Notes: generated by a model from the letters alone, not told the origin. A stretch of DNA of 64,000 nucleotides from Flavobacteriales bacterium (GCA_029251405.1 JAQXDK010000044.1:5118-69117), one strand, 5' to 3'; positions 9,893 through 19,897 are shown, counted from the stretch's first letter. Numbers and translations are program-made.

Positions 9893-12191
9893 TCGAATAA
9901 TTTTATCTGTAAGTTTTTCTTTTTTAATTGTTTTTTCATTTTCACAAAATCTTAGTACTTCAAAACAAGTTACATTACAAGGATTTTGGTGGGATTATTT
10001 TAATTCCAATTACAGTTACAGACACGCAGACTACTTGGCAGATCTAGCTCCAAGATTGCGAGCAATTGGGATAGATGCTGTTTGGATTCCTCCATCTATT
10101 AAAAATAAACAGATTGTTGATATGGGTTATGCTCCCTTCGATCATTATGATTTAGGAGATAAATATCAAAAAGGATTTTTAAAAACCAAGTTAGGAGACA
10201 AAGACCAGCTTTTGAGGATGGTTGCTGTGATGAAAGCTAATGGTATAGATGTTATTCAGGATATTGTTTTAAACCATATAACTGGTGCAGGCAGTCAAAA
10301 TGGTTCTGGAGGTCAAGATCCACAAGCAATTGACGATGGTTCGAGTAATAAGTATAAAAACTTTAGGTATTCATGTTTTGAAACACCATCGACATTGGAA
10401 ACCTCTTCTAATTATTTGTCGCGCAAAGGAAGGTTTAGTAAGAACTGGCAAAATTTCTATCCTAATAATAATTATATATGTTGTTCCAACGAAATAAATT
10501 CTCCATACTGGGGTCCTGATATTTCTTACGAAGCGAACTCATATGGTCTAAGTTCAAATGCTATTCATAATCCCAATCAAAGCTCTGGGTATATGAGAAG
10601 TGAAATGAGAAATTGGTTGCTGTGGTACAAAAAACAAGTTGGCTTTTCAGGAGTTAGAATTGACGCCATAAAACATTTTCCAACGTATGTTGTAGAGGAT
10701 TTTTTGTGGAACTTACAAAATGGAAATGGTTGGGCAAACACATCAGACGATATGTTTGCAGTAGGAGAGTGGGTGGGGAATTCCACTGAACTCGACCAAT
10801 GGTGCAGCGACGTCCAAAACAGGGCAGGAACTTTTGATTTTTCATTAAGAAATGCGTTTACAGGTATAGTTCAAGGACTTGGGACTTTTGATTTAGGGAG
10901 TGTTCCTAATTATCAACAAGGTAACAGGCTTAGAACAGTTCCATTTGTAAATAATCACGATACTTTTAGACCAATTTTAGATGCTGACGGAAATTACATT
11001 AATTGGAATACTTCTCAGCAGCTTGGAGCTCAAATTGAACCAAACGATCCAAGATTAAGTTTGGTATATGCAATTTCTTTTGCTTTAGACGGGGCACCAA
11101 TGGTTTATTTTGAAGATCTATTTAATATAGGTTATAATGGTAATAGATACAATCATAACCCTAAAGATTCATTAGACTTACCAATGAGGTCGGATATCGT
11201 AAATATTATATGGTGTCATCAAAATTTAAACTTTAAAGATGGTTCATATTTAGTTAGATGGCAAGAGAATGACGCTCTTGTTGTTGAAAGAGATGCGAAA
11301 GCAATAATTGCTGTTAATGATAGTTGGGACAACTGGAAAACTTTAACAGGAGTTCAGACTAATTGGTTAGATGGCACTGTTCTAAAAGATTATTCGGGAG
11401 CCCATTTAAGTACAATTACAGTTTATGGAGGAGGAAAAATTGATTTTACAATTCCTCCATGTGATGGAACCGCACCAAATGGTAGAAAAGGTTATGCAAT
11501 TTGGGCACCTGACGGGATAACTTCAAATTATTCAAATCCATCGGAGACAATTACTCAAGAATGGGAAATGGCTGATGATTTAGGAGACAGTCATTTAGCG
11601 TCATTACAACAAGGAGGTAAATTACCAACTAATAGTTTAGAGTGTAGAGTGGTTGGAAAAGTACATACAAAGTCACAAAGCACCTTAAGTGTAGAGCTTT
11701 ATCCTTTGTTTAGCAACCTCTCCGTTGACATATTATTATTAGACAGGAATTGTGACATAATAGACTCTGTTTCAGGTATTGGAACCTTAAATCACGACTT
11801 TCTAATTTCTAATGAAGATATTTACACACTGAAAATAAGAAACACCACAGACTCTCAACTTGGTCAAAAATGTTGGGTGAAAGTCACTTATCAAGCGCCT
11901 GTAGTTCCTGATTTAACCATTCAAAAGAATATTTGTGGATGTTCTTCCATTAGTAACTTGGAGTCTGAAAACTTTGAAAACTACTTTGTTTATCCCAATC
12001 CAGTTTCAAATTTCATTTACTTAAAAAACCAAGAAAAGTTTATTAGTGAAAAATACATAATCTTTAATAATCAAGGTTTGGTTATTAAAAATGGAAATTT
12101 AAAAAATGGCTCTATTTATATAGGTGATTTGGATAACGGAGTCTATGTTCTTCAATATGAAAATGAAACTAAAAAATTTATTAAAAATTAA
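9882..12191 (+). CDS. Secreted GH13 alpha-amylase with T9SS C-terminal sorting domain
   Basis: GH13 regions DIVLNHITG, GVRIDAIKHF, VGEWVG, FVNNHDT. C-terminus VYPNPVSNFIYLKN...GVYVLQYENETKKFIKN is a T9SS CTD. The only start that keeps the signal peptide is TTG 9882, overlapping the susD stop by 11 nt. Confidence 0.85.
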   Translation: MAINRIILSVSFSFLIVFSFSQNLSTSKQVTLQGFWWDYFNSNYSYRHADYLADLAPRLRAIGIDAVWIPPSIKNKQIVDMGYAPFDHYDLGDKYQKGFLKTKLGDKDQLLRMVAVMKANGIDVIQDIVLNHITGAGSQNGSGGQDPQAIDDGSSNKYKNFRYSCFETPSTLETSSNYLSRKGRFSKNWQNFYPNNNYICCSNEINSPYWGPDISYEANSYGLSSNAIHNPNQSSGYMRSEMRNWLLWYKKQVGFSGVRIDAIKHFPTYVVEDFLWNLQNGNGWANTSDDMFAVGEWVGNSTELDQWCSDVQNRAGTFDFSLRNAFTGIVQGLGTFDLGSVPNYQQGNRLRTVPFVNNHDTFRPILDADGNYINWNTSQQLGAQIEPNDPRLSLVYAISFALDGAPMVYFEDLFNIGYNGNRYNHNPKDSLDLPMRSDIVNIIWCHQNLNFKDGSYLVRWQENDALVVERDAKAIIAVNDSWDNWKTLTGVQTNWLDGTVLKDYSGAHLSTITVYGGGKIDFTIPPCDGTAPNGRKGYAIWAPDGITSNYSNPSETITQEWEMADDLGDSHLASLQQGGKLPTNSLECRVVGKVHTKSQSTLSVELYPLFSNLSVDILLLDRNCDIIDSVSGIGTLNHDFLISNEDIYTLKIRNTTDSQLGQKCWVKVTYQAPVVPDLTIQKNICGCSSISNLESENFENYFVYPNPVSNFIYLKNQEKFISEKYIIFNNQGLVIKNGNLKNGSIYIGDLDNGVYVLQYENETKKFIKN

Positions 12192-12206
12192 ATTAAAAAA
12201 TACTAC

Positions 12207-14354
12207 ATGAAAAATTTAAATCAATTAATCATTCTAATTACGATTCCAGTAATATTTTTTTCAAGATGTTCTCAAAGTGAGTCTTTAAAACCAAAAGTTA
12301 TTCCATGTGAAAGTGATGTCACTCTTTACTATCCTTTAAACTATAATCAAGATGCACACACTCCATCTTTCGCAATCGTTAATGAACCCCGTAAATCATT
12401 AGATGAAATAGACTCTAATACAATAAAGGTTTCTTTTTCAAATATAGGTGACAGAGAAGTTGCTCAGGTTACAATAGGAGAAAATATCGATTTATATGGC
12501 ACTGGAGAAGTGTTGGGCGATTTGGTTAGAAATGGAACAAACTTAAAGCTATGGAACACAGATAATTACGCTTATGGAAAAGACAATGGGCAAAGATTGT
12601 ATCAATCTCACCCTTGGGTTTTGGGGTTAAGAGAAGATGGGAGCAGCTTTGGTGTTATTGCAGATAATACTTGGAAAATGGAAATTGCACTTGGAGAAAG
12701 AATTACGTTCTCTTCTGAGGGTCCTTCTTTTAGAGTATTAGTAATTGAAAAAGATTCTCCTCAAGAAGTTATGCGAGAATTAGCTAAGTTAACGGGTACA
12801 ATTGCACTTCCTCCATTATGGAGTTTAGGTTTTCACCAATGCAGATATTCCTATTATCCAGATGCAAGAGTTAAGTCTATTGCTGACACCATGCGATTGA
12901 AAAATATTCCATGTGATGTTATTTGGATGGACATAGACTATATGCAAGATTTTAGAATATTCACATTCGATTCCATTAATTTTCCCAATCCAAAAGAAAC
13001 TAATGACTATTTACATAAAAATGGTTTTAAATCTGTTTGGATGATAGATCCAGGAATAAAATCAGAAAGTGGTTATTCTGTATATGATTCAGGAGATTCA
13101 ATAAATGCATGGGTTAAAAATCAAAAAGACTCAGTATTTACAGGCAAAGTTTGGCCTGGTGACTGTGTTTTTCCAGATTTCACTCAAGATAAGGTATGTA
13201 ATTGGTGGGGGTCTTTGTATAAAGATTTTATGAGTGTTGGTATTGACGGTGTTTGGAACGATATGAACGAACCGGCTGTTTTTGAAACTTCAGATTGGAC
13301 AATGCCAAATAGTAATAAGCATAAAGGTGGAAAAACTAAGCCAAATGGCTCTCACCTTAGATATCATAATGTTTATGGAATGATGATGGTAGAAGCTTCG
13401 CGAAAAGGAATTATGCATGCTAATCCTGAAAAAAGACCTTTTGTTCTTACAAGATCAAACTTTCTTGGTGGTCATCGGTTTGCAGCAACATGGACTGGAG
13501 ATAATAACTCGAGTATGAAGCATTTAAAACAATCTATACCAATGAGCTTGAATTTAAGTTTATCAGGGCAACCCTTTAACGGTCCTGATATCGGTGGTTT
13601 TGCTGGAAATGCAACACCCGAACTATATGGACACTGGATTGCTGTTGGTGCATTTTATCCGTTTTCTAGGGCTCACGCAACAAAAGGTTCCATTAATCAA
13701 GAACCTTGGTCTTTTGGTAGTGAAATTGAACAGGTTTCTAGGGAGGCACTGCAAAGAAGGTACAGGTTGTTACCTTATTTCTATACTCTTTTTCAGGAAA
13801 GTTCTAAATCAGGTATGCCTGTGATGAGGCCTTTGTTTTTTCACAATTCTAAAGATTATAATCTAAGAAGAGAGCAGGGGAACTTTTTAATTGGTAGTGA
13901 TTTGCTTGTGATTCCTAAATGGAATGAAGGCGGAAATATGCCAAATGGAAATTGGAAAACTATTTCTATAAATGGAGAAAGTAGTGAAAACCATAAATAT
14001 CATCCCGATTTAAAAATTAGACCTGGCGCTATTCTTCCACTTTGTAATGCTATAGAGAATACCTCTGAATTTTCGTTAGATACCCTCACACTTTTAGTAT
14101 CGTTAGACACGACTTTGAAGGCAAAAGGTGTTTTATACACTGATGCTGGAGACGGATATGCTTATCAAAATGGTGATTTTTCATTGGTTGAATTTAATGC
14201 AGAACAAATAGGAAATAGTATTAATATATCTGTTACTTATAAAGAAGGACATCCTTTATCCGATAAAACATTTTTAAATATTCGAATTATAGATAATAAA
14301 AAGAGTACTACATCAGTATTTAATATTAATGATGATATTGTGATTCCTATTTAA
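12207..14354 (+). CDS. GH31 alpha-glucosidase
   Basis: GH31 signatures DVIWMDIDYM (nucleophile region), GVWNDMNEP, WTGDN. N-terminal signal/lipobox (FFSRCS). Confidence 0.9.
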   Translation: MKNLNQLIILITIPVIFFSRCSQSESLKPKVIPCESDVTLYYPLNYNQDAHTPSFAIVNEPRKSLDEIDSNTIKVSFSNIGDREVAQVTIGENIDLYGTGEVLGDLVRNGTNLKLWNTDNYAYGKDNGQRLYQSHPWVLGLREDGSSFGVIADNTWKMEIALGERITFSSEGPSFRVLVIEKDSPQEVMRELAKLTGTIALPPLWSLGFHQCRYSYYPDARVKSIADTMRLKNIPCDVIWMDIDYMQDFRIFTFDSINFPNPKETNDYLHKNGFKSVWMIDPGIKSESGYSVYDSGDSINAWVKNQKDSVFTGKVWPGDCVFPDFTQDKVCNWWGSLYKDFMSVGIDGVWNDMNEPAVFETSDWTMPNSNKHKGGKTKPNGSHLRYHNVYGMMMVEASRKGIMHANPEKRPFVLTRSNFLGGHRFAATWTGDNNSSMKHLKQSIPMSLNLSLSGQPFNGPDIGGFAGNATPELYGHWIAVGAFYPFSRAHATKGSINQEPWSFGSEIEQVSREALQRRYRLLPYFYTLFQESSKSGMPVMRPLFFHNSKDYNLRREQGNFLIGSDLLVIPKWNEGGNMPNGNWKTISINGESSENHKYHPDLKIRPGAILPLCNAIENTSEFSLDTLTLLVSLDTTLKAKGVLYTDAGDGYAYQNGDFSLVEFNAEQIGNSINISVTYKEGHPLSDKTFLNIRIIDNKKSTTSVFNINDDIVIPI

Positions 14355-14394
14355 CCTTTAAATACTTGTAATACAGCAGTATAGATCTACTATT

Positions 14395-14427
14395 CGTCAT
14401 GTTGACGTTTAATATTTTGTAAATTTG
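14395..14427 (+). promoter_or_regulatory. Promoter region of the ED operon: inverted repeat plus -7 box
   Basis: Inverted repeat CGTCA-TGT-TGACG (14395-14407). TGACGTT (14403-14409) lies exactly 17 nt upstream of the -7 box TAAATTTG (14420-14427), the same arrangement as upstream of susC. Confidence 0.4.
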
Positions 14428-14437
14428 ACCTAAATAG

Positions 14438-14467
14438 TAAGTGTATATTAAACAATAAGTGTATATT
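14438..14467 (+). repeat. Direct repeat TAAGTGTATATT x2 in the zwf leader
   Basis: Identical 12-mers at 14438-14449 and 14456-14467 (18-bp period), between the predicted -7 box and the zwf ATG at 14475. Confidence 0.6.
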
Positions 14468-14474
14468 TGTTTAA

Positions 14475-15941
14475 ATGATAAGTGAAAAAAGTATAGCATC
14501 ATTAAAGAATTTTGATCTAATTATATTCGGTGCGAACGGAGACTTAGCCTACAGAAAAATATTTCCAGCGTTATATCATAGGCTCGAGGAAGGACAAGTT
14601 AAGCCTAAAAGCAGAATAGCTGCAATGCTTCGTAATACAAAAAACAACCAAGAATATTTATCAACACTTACAAAGTCACTCAGAAAACAAATAAAAGGAA
14701 TTGATGAAAAAATACTTGCTACTCTTATTGGTAAAGTTGACGTAATAAGTGCCTTAACTATTAATGGGAAATACGCTGATTTGGAATCTTGGTTGAAAAA
14801 ATCTCCTAATAAAGTTCGTGTTTATTATTTAGCTACACCTTCATCAGTTTTTGGTCAAATTGCCAAGGATTTGCAAGATACTTCATTAATTACAGATGAA
14901 TCTAGAATAGTTTTAGAAAAACCACTTGGAAAAGATGGTGCTTCTTCTGCTTTAATTAATAATTCAATTTTAAAATATTTTGACGAAAAACAGATTTATA
15001 GAATTGATCACTACTTAGGTAAAGAGACTGTACAAAATCTTATGGTCTTAAGATTCGCTAATTATATTTTTGAAAACCTTTGGAATGCCAATCATATTGA
15101 AAATGTTCAAATTACAGCTGCTGAAAAATTAGGTATAGAAAAAAGAGGCGAATATTATGATAACTATGGAGCTCTCCTAGACATGGTTCAAAATCATTTA
15201 TTACAATTACTTTGTCTAATAGCTATGGAGCCACCTTCTGTTTTAACAGCTTCTCAAGTTAGAGTAGAAAAATTAAAAGTTTTAAATGCACTAGAAAAAT
15301 TCAACGAAGATTCAATAACTACCCGCACTTCAAAAGGTCAATATTCAAGAGGTGAAAAAAATGGAAAAATTATGCCTTCTTACTTAGAAGATGTTGGTAC
15401 GTATTCTTCTGAAACAGAAACTTATGTTGCTATAAAAACTTATATCAATAATTGGAGATGGAAAGGGGTTCCGTTTTATATTAGAACTGGTAAAAGGATG
15501 ACTGAGAAATTTTCTGAAATTGTTATTACTTTTAAAGATGTCCCACACAATATTTTCCCAGAAAAAAAGCTTATGGTTCCCAATAAACTAATCATTAGAC
15601 TTCAACCCAAGGAGAAAATTGAGTTTATTCAAATGGTAAAAGTCCCTGGTCCTGGTGGTTATCGATATAAACCTCTTTCAATGAAGATGGATTATTTAGA
15701 ATCATTTACTGGAAAATTCCCTGAAGCCTATGAACGTTTATTAATGGATGTTGTAAGAGGAAATCAGACACTTTTCATGAGCAACAAAGAGTTGAAAGCA
15801 TCTTGGGAATGGATTGCTTCAATTACAGAAAATTGGAAATCCAGTAGTATTAAAAATAATCTTTACAACGCTGGCACTGATGGCCCTGGAGATAGCATAC
15901 TGGAATCTAATCACAACTGGCATAAAACAAGTAATAAATGA
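14475..15941 (+). CDS. zwf: Glucose-6-phosphate 1-dehydrogenase
   Basis: N-terminal Rossmann FGANGDLAYRKIFPAL, the signature RIDHYLGKETVQN, and length about 490 aa. Confidence 0.95.
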   Translation: MISEKSIASLKNFDLIIFGANGDLAYRKIFPALYHRLEEGQVKPKSRIAAMLRNTKNNQEYLSTLTKSLRKQIKGIDEKILATLIGKVDVISALTINGKYADLESWLKKSPNKVRVYYLATPSSVFGQIAKDLQDTSLITDESRIVLEKPLGKDGASSALINNSILKYFDEKQIYRIDHYLGKETVQNLMVLRFANYIFENLWNANHIENVQITAAEKLGIEKRGEYYDNYGALLDMVQNHLLQLLCLIAMEPPSVLTASQVRVEKLKVLNALEKFNEDSITTRTSKGQYSRGEKNGKIMPSYLEDVGTYSSETETYVAIKTYINNWRWKGVPFYIRTGKRMTEKFSEIVITFKDVPHNIFPEKKLMVPNKLIIRLQPKEKIEFIQMVKVPGPGGYRYKPLSMKMDYLESFTGKFPEAYERLLMDVVRGNQTLFMSNKELKASWEWIASITENWKSSSIKNNLYNAGTDGPGDSILESNHNWHKTSNK

Positions 15942-16618
15942 TTTGGAAAGATTTTAAAACTGCTGATTCTTTGGAAAAAGAATTACTTAATTCTATAGAA
16001 ACAAACATTAGAATTTCATTAAAAGAAAATAATGAAGCTTTAATACTTCTTTCTGGGGGTTCAACTCCCTTGTCACTTTACAAAAAGTTTAAAGAAATAA
16101 AAAAAATTGACTGGTCAAAAATTAAGTTTGGATTAGTTGATGAGAGGTGGGTTAATAACAGTTCAAAGGATAGTAATTTTTATAATATTTCAGAAGCTCT
16201 TGGTGGGCAAATCATCGAAAAAAGTACTTTCATTCCTTTGGTTTATGATGAACTGAATGAGAAAAAAAATATTTCTCAAGCTAAAAAAGCAAACATTGAG
16301 TTTTTAGGAAAAAAAACAATTGTCATTTTAGGAATGGGAACAGATGGTCATACAGCATCATTATTTCCTGATAACTCTAAGACTGAAATTGCAATTTCCC
16401 AATTGACTCCTAACATCCTAGACAATATAGCACCTGTATCACCAAAAAATAGAATAACACATAACCTGAAATCAATTTTTAATTCTAAAAAAGTGATTCT
16501 CTATATAAAGGGACAAGAAAAAAAGAATGTTCTTGAAAAATCTAAAATTGATTTACTTCCTATTAGTTATGTTATTAATACACTTTCTACTCAAGTTGAA
16601 ACTTTCTGGACAAAGTAA
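15938..16618 (+). CDS. pgl: 6-phosphogluconolactonase
   Basis: LSGGSTP and GMGTDGHTASLFP motifs of the SOL/DevB family. ATGA overlap with zwf. Confidence 0.85.
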   Translation: MIWKDFKTADSLEKELLNSIETNIRISLKENNEALILLSGGSTPLSLYKKFKEIKKIDWSKIKFGLVDERWVNNSSKDSNFYNISEALGGQIIEKSTFIPLVYDELNEKKNISQAKKANIEFLGKKTIVILGMGTDGHTASLFPDNSKTEIAISQLTPNILDNIAPVSPKNRITHNLKSIFNSKKVILYIKGQEKKNVLEKSKIDLLPISYVINTLSTQVETFWTK

Positions 16619-18421
16619 ATGAATAAATCAATTTTAAATATAACCAACAGAATAATCGAGAAAAGTAAAGCTTCTAGAAATAATTACTTATTTCAAATGA
16701 ACGAGGCTTTGAACGATTCTGTTAATAGATCCTCACTTTCTTGTGGAAACCTTGCACATGCTTTTGCCGGATGTGATTTGCATGATAAAGATTCTTTAAA
16801 AGGAGACGCTAAAGTAAATATAGGAATCGTAAGCTCCTACAACGACATGCTTTCAGCTCATAAAACTTATGAGACTTACCCCGATTTAATTAGAGACCAA
16901 GCTTCCAAAATCGGTGCTGTTGCTCAAGTTGCTGCCTGTGTTCCTGCAATGTGTGATGGAGTAACTCAAGGTCAAAAAGGAATGGAGCTTTCCTTAATTA
17001 GTAGAGATGTTATAGCTATGTCAACTGCCATTGGAATGTCTCATAATATGTTTGATGCTGGATTATGTCTTGGTATTTGTGATAAAATTGTCCCTGGATT
17101 ATTAATTGGAGCTTTGAAATTTGGTCATTTACCTTTTGCTTTTGTTCCTGGAGGACCTATGCCTTCTGGGATTTCTAATGTTGAAAAAAACAGAATAAGA
17201 CAAGAATATGCAAAAGGTAATATTTCTAAAAAAGAACTTTTAGATGGCGAATCGGCTTCTTATCATTCTGCAGGAACTTGCACTTTTTATGGAACAGCAA
17301 ATAGCAATCAGATGTTAATGGAAATCATGGGTCTCCATCTTCCTGGTTCTTCCTTTGTTGCTCCAAATACTTCTTTGAGAGAAGCTTTGACCTTAGAATC
17401 TGTAAGACAAGTTAAAAACAATGCTACAAGTAAGTCAGGATTATTAAAAGACGTAATTAACGAAAAATCTATTGTCAATGGTATTGTAGGTTTATTAGCC
17501 ACTGGTGGATCTACTAATTTAACTTTACATATTATTGCAATTGCTGCTGCAGCAGGAATCAAAATTGATTGGCAAGATTTTTCTGATTTATCGGACACTG
17601 TACCTTTACTTACTAGAGTTTATCCTAACGGAAGCAGCGATGTTAATGATTTCCATAATGCGGGAGGAATGACTGTTTTAATAAACGAATTATTAAATGG
17701 TGGCTTTTTAAATGAAGATGTTGAAACTTTGGTTGGAAAAGGATTAAAAGAATACACTAAATTCCCAACCTTTGAAAATAATCAATTTAAATTCCAAGAT
17801 AAAGAATTAAAGTCTGGAAATGACGACATTATTGCTACTCATAGTAAGCCATTCAGTCATAATGGTGGAATTAAAGTTTTAAAAGGAAATTTAGGTACAT
17901 CAGTAATAAAAACATCAGCAGTTGAAGAAGCTAACTGGTATGTGAAAGCTGAAGCAATCGTCATTCAGGAACAAAATCAATTGACTGAACTTTTCCAATC
18001 AGGAAATCTTAATAAAGATTTTGTTTTGGTAGTCTCCAACCAAGGTCCTAAATCAAATGGGATGCCAGAGCTTCACCAGTTGACTCCCATATTATCAATC
18101 CTCCAACATCAAGGTCATAAAGTAGCACTTGTAACAGATGGAAGAATGTCTGGTGCTTCTGGGAAAATACCTGCTGCAATACACTTGTCTCCAGAAGCTG
18201 TAGATAAAGGTCCAATCTCTAAAATCTTAGATGGTGACATTATAGAATTAGATCCAAAAAATTCAAGTTTAAATATTTTAGTGAACGAGGAAAAACTTCT
18301 AAAAAGAAAATCAATAATAGTATCTAGAAAAAAATTCGGTATGGGAACTGAACTATTTTCTATGGTAAGACCCTTAATGTCTTCTAGTAAAGAAGGAGCA
18401 TCTTTTTTAAATTATGAATAA
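16619..18421 (+). CDS. edd: Phosphogluconate dehydratase (Entner-Doudoroff)
   Basis: Collinear similarity to remembered E. coli Edd over the full length: VTNRIIE.S, LSCGNLAHAFA, PAMCDGVTQGQ.GMELSL, CDKIVPGL, GTCTFYGTANSNQM, ATGGSTN, GPK.NGMPELH, LVTDGR.SGASGK.P.AIH. Confidence 0.95.
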   Translation: MNKSILNITNRIIEKSKASRNNYLFQMNEALNDSVNRSSLSCGNLAHAFAGCDLHDKDSLKGDAKVNIGIVSSYNDMLSAHKTYETYPDLIRDQASKIGAVAQVAACVPAMCDGVTQGQKGMELSLISRDVIAMSTAIGMSHNMFDAGLCLGICDKIVPGLLIGALKFGHLPFAFVPGGPMPSGISNVEKNRIRQEYAKGNISKKELLDGESASYHSAGTCTFYGTANSNQMLMEIMGLHLPGSSFVAPNTSLREALTLESVRQVKNNATSKSGLLKDVINEKSIVNGIVGLLATGGSTNLTLHIIAIAAAAGIKIDWQDFSDLSDTVPLLTRVYPNGSSDVNDFHNAGGMTVLINELLNGGFLNEDVETLVGKGLKEYTKFPTFENNQFKFQDKELKSGNDDIIATHSKPFSHNGGIKVLKGNLGTSVIKTSAVEEANWYVKAEAIVIQEQNQLTELFQSGNLNKDFVLVVSNQGPKSNGMPELHQLTPILSILQHQGHKVALVTDGRMSGASGKIPAAIHLSPEAVDKGPISKILDGDIIELDPKNSSLNILVNEEKLLKRKSIIVSRKKFGMGTELFSMVRPLMSSSKEGASFLNYE

Positions 18422-18986
18422 TCAAAATAACATAAGATCAGTTTTAAATAATCATAAGATTATACCTGTGGTAACTTTCACCAACAAAGAAGATATTCAG
18501 CCGATCGTAGAAAGTTTACTCGATCAACAGATTAAATGTATAGAAGTTACCCTAAGGAATTCCATAAGTAGAGATGCGGTTGAGGTGATAAAGAATATTT
18601 ATGGGGATAAAATTGCAGTTGGAGTAGGAACAGTTCTTAATAAATCTGATGTTTTATTTTCCCAAGAGAATAATGTAGATTTTATGGTAAGTCCTGGTGC
18701 TACCAAAAACCTTATAAACGAATTTGAAAATTCTAAAATTCCATATTTACCAGGTGTATCAACTGTCAATAATGTTATGGAATTATTAGAAATGGATTGT
18801 AATACTTTGAAGTTCTTTCCTGCACTATTAAGTGGTGGAGTAAATATGTTGAAACAATTCAATAATTTATTTAAGGATGTAAAGTTTTGTCCAACAGGAG
18901 GAATTAACGAATTTAACTATAACGAATTTTTATCACTACCTAATGTAGTTAGTGTTGGAGGTTCTTGGGTTATAAAAAATAAATAA
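18414..18986 (+). CDS. eda: KDPG / KHG aldolase
   Basis: IPVV...IEVTLR, VGVGTV, Schiff-base Lys region LKFFPA, FCPTGGI, GGSW. About 20 aa shorter at the C-terminus than E. coli Eda. 8-nt overlap with edd. Confidence 0.85.
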   Translation: MNNQNNIRSVLNNHKIIPVVTFTNKEDIQPIVESLLDQQIKCIEVTLRNSISRDAVEVIKNIYGDKIAVGVGTVLNKSDVLFSQENNVDFMVSPGATKNLINEFENSKIPYLPGVSTVNNVMELLEMDCNTLKFFPALLSGGVNMLKQFNNLFKDVKFCPTGGINEFNYNEFLSLPNVVSVGGSWVIKNK

Positions 18987-18990
18987 AAAT

Positions 18991-19845
18991 ATGATTTTAA
19001 TTGCAGAAAGTGGTTCAACAAAAACTGATTGGGTTCTTGTAAATGATCAGAATAAAATTACAATTTTCAAGACAATGGGATTCAATCCCTTCTTTCATTC
19101 CAGTAAATTTATTGCAGAAAAAATTCAAGAAAATCAAGAGTTTTATCAAGCATCAAAAAATGTAGACAAATTATATTTTTATGGTGCAGGTTGTTCTAGT
19201 TTAGAGATGAATAATATTGTTAAATCAGGTTTGAAATCTATTTTCCCAAATACTGAAATTTCTGTTGATCATGATTTACTTGCTTGTGCTTTATCCACTT
19301 ATCAAGGAGAACCCGCTATATCCTGTATATTAGGAACCGGTTCTAATTCTTGTTATTATGATGGTCAGACTCTAAGAGAAGAGGTTCCTGCAATTGCCTA
19401 TGTACTTGGAGATGAGGGATCAGGCTCTTTTTATGGTAAGAAATTACTTAGAGATTATCTTTACAATCAATTACCAGAAAGCATAAAGGTAGATTTTGAA
19501 GATCAATTTGGTTCCGCTAAATCTGAAATTTTTGAAAGCGTATATATGAAACCACATGCTAATGTATATTTAGCTTCTTTCATGAAGTTTTTAAATAGAC
19601 ATTATCACCACGAATATGTAATAGAAATGATTCAAAATGGAATGAATGAATTCATCAAAATTCATGTTTGTTGTTACCCAGAATATAAATCAGTTAAAAC
19701 TCATTTTATAGGATCTATCAGTAAAATATTTGAAAGAGAATTAATAGATGCTGCAGCTAATCATGGTGTTATTTTAGGTGGTATTATTCAGAAGCCAGTA
19801 GATAATTTAGTAAATTATCATCTAAATTATATTGAGGCTTCTTAA
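18991..19845 (+). CDS. BadF/BadG/BcrA/BcrD-type ATPase, N-acetylglucosamine-kinase-like sugar kinase (candidate glucokinase)
   Basis: N-terminal MILIAESGSTKTDW phosphate-1 motif, then GAGCSS and LGTGSNS motifs of the ASKHA kinase fold. Starts 5 nt after eda on the same strand. Confidence 0.7.
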   Translation: MILIAESGSTKTDWVLVNDQNKITIFKTMGFNPFFHSSKFIAEKIQENQEFYQASKNVDKLYFYGAGCSSLEMNNIVKSGLKSIFPNTEISVDHDLLACALSTYQGEPAISCILGTGSNSCYYDGQTLREEVPAIAYVLGDEGSGSFYGKKLLRDYLYNQLPESIKVDFEDQFGSAKSEIFESVYMKPHANVYLASFMKFLNRHYHHEYVIEMIQNGMNEFIKIHVCCYPEYKSVKTHFIGSISKIFERELIDAAANHGVILGGIIQKPVDNLVNYHLNYIEAS

Positions 19846-19897
19846 AAATGATGTAGAATTCCTCCTTATAATCTATAAAATTGAGGAAAATAGTAAA

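Noticed and set aside
14402-14427. TTGACG read as a sigma70-type -35 hexamer paired with TAAATT as the -10.
   Set aside because: The spacer is only 12 nt. It is also too short (15 nt) for the Bacteroidota -33 TTG to -7 spacing, and the susC copy reads ATGACG. A regulator site fits better.
19855-19892. Hairpin TTCCTC-N20-GAGGAA after the sugar kinase, considered as a terminator of the ED operon.
   Set aside because: The stem is only 6 bp with a 20-nt loop, and no U-tract follows.
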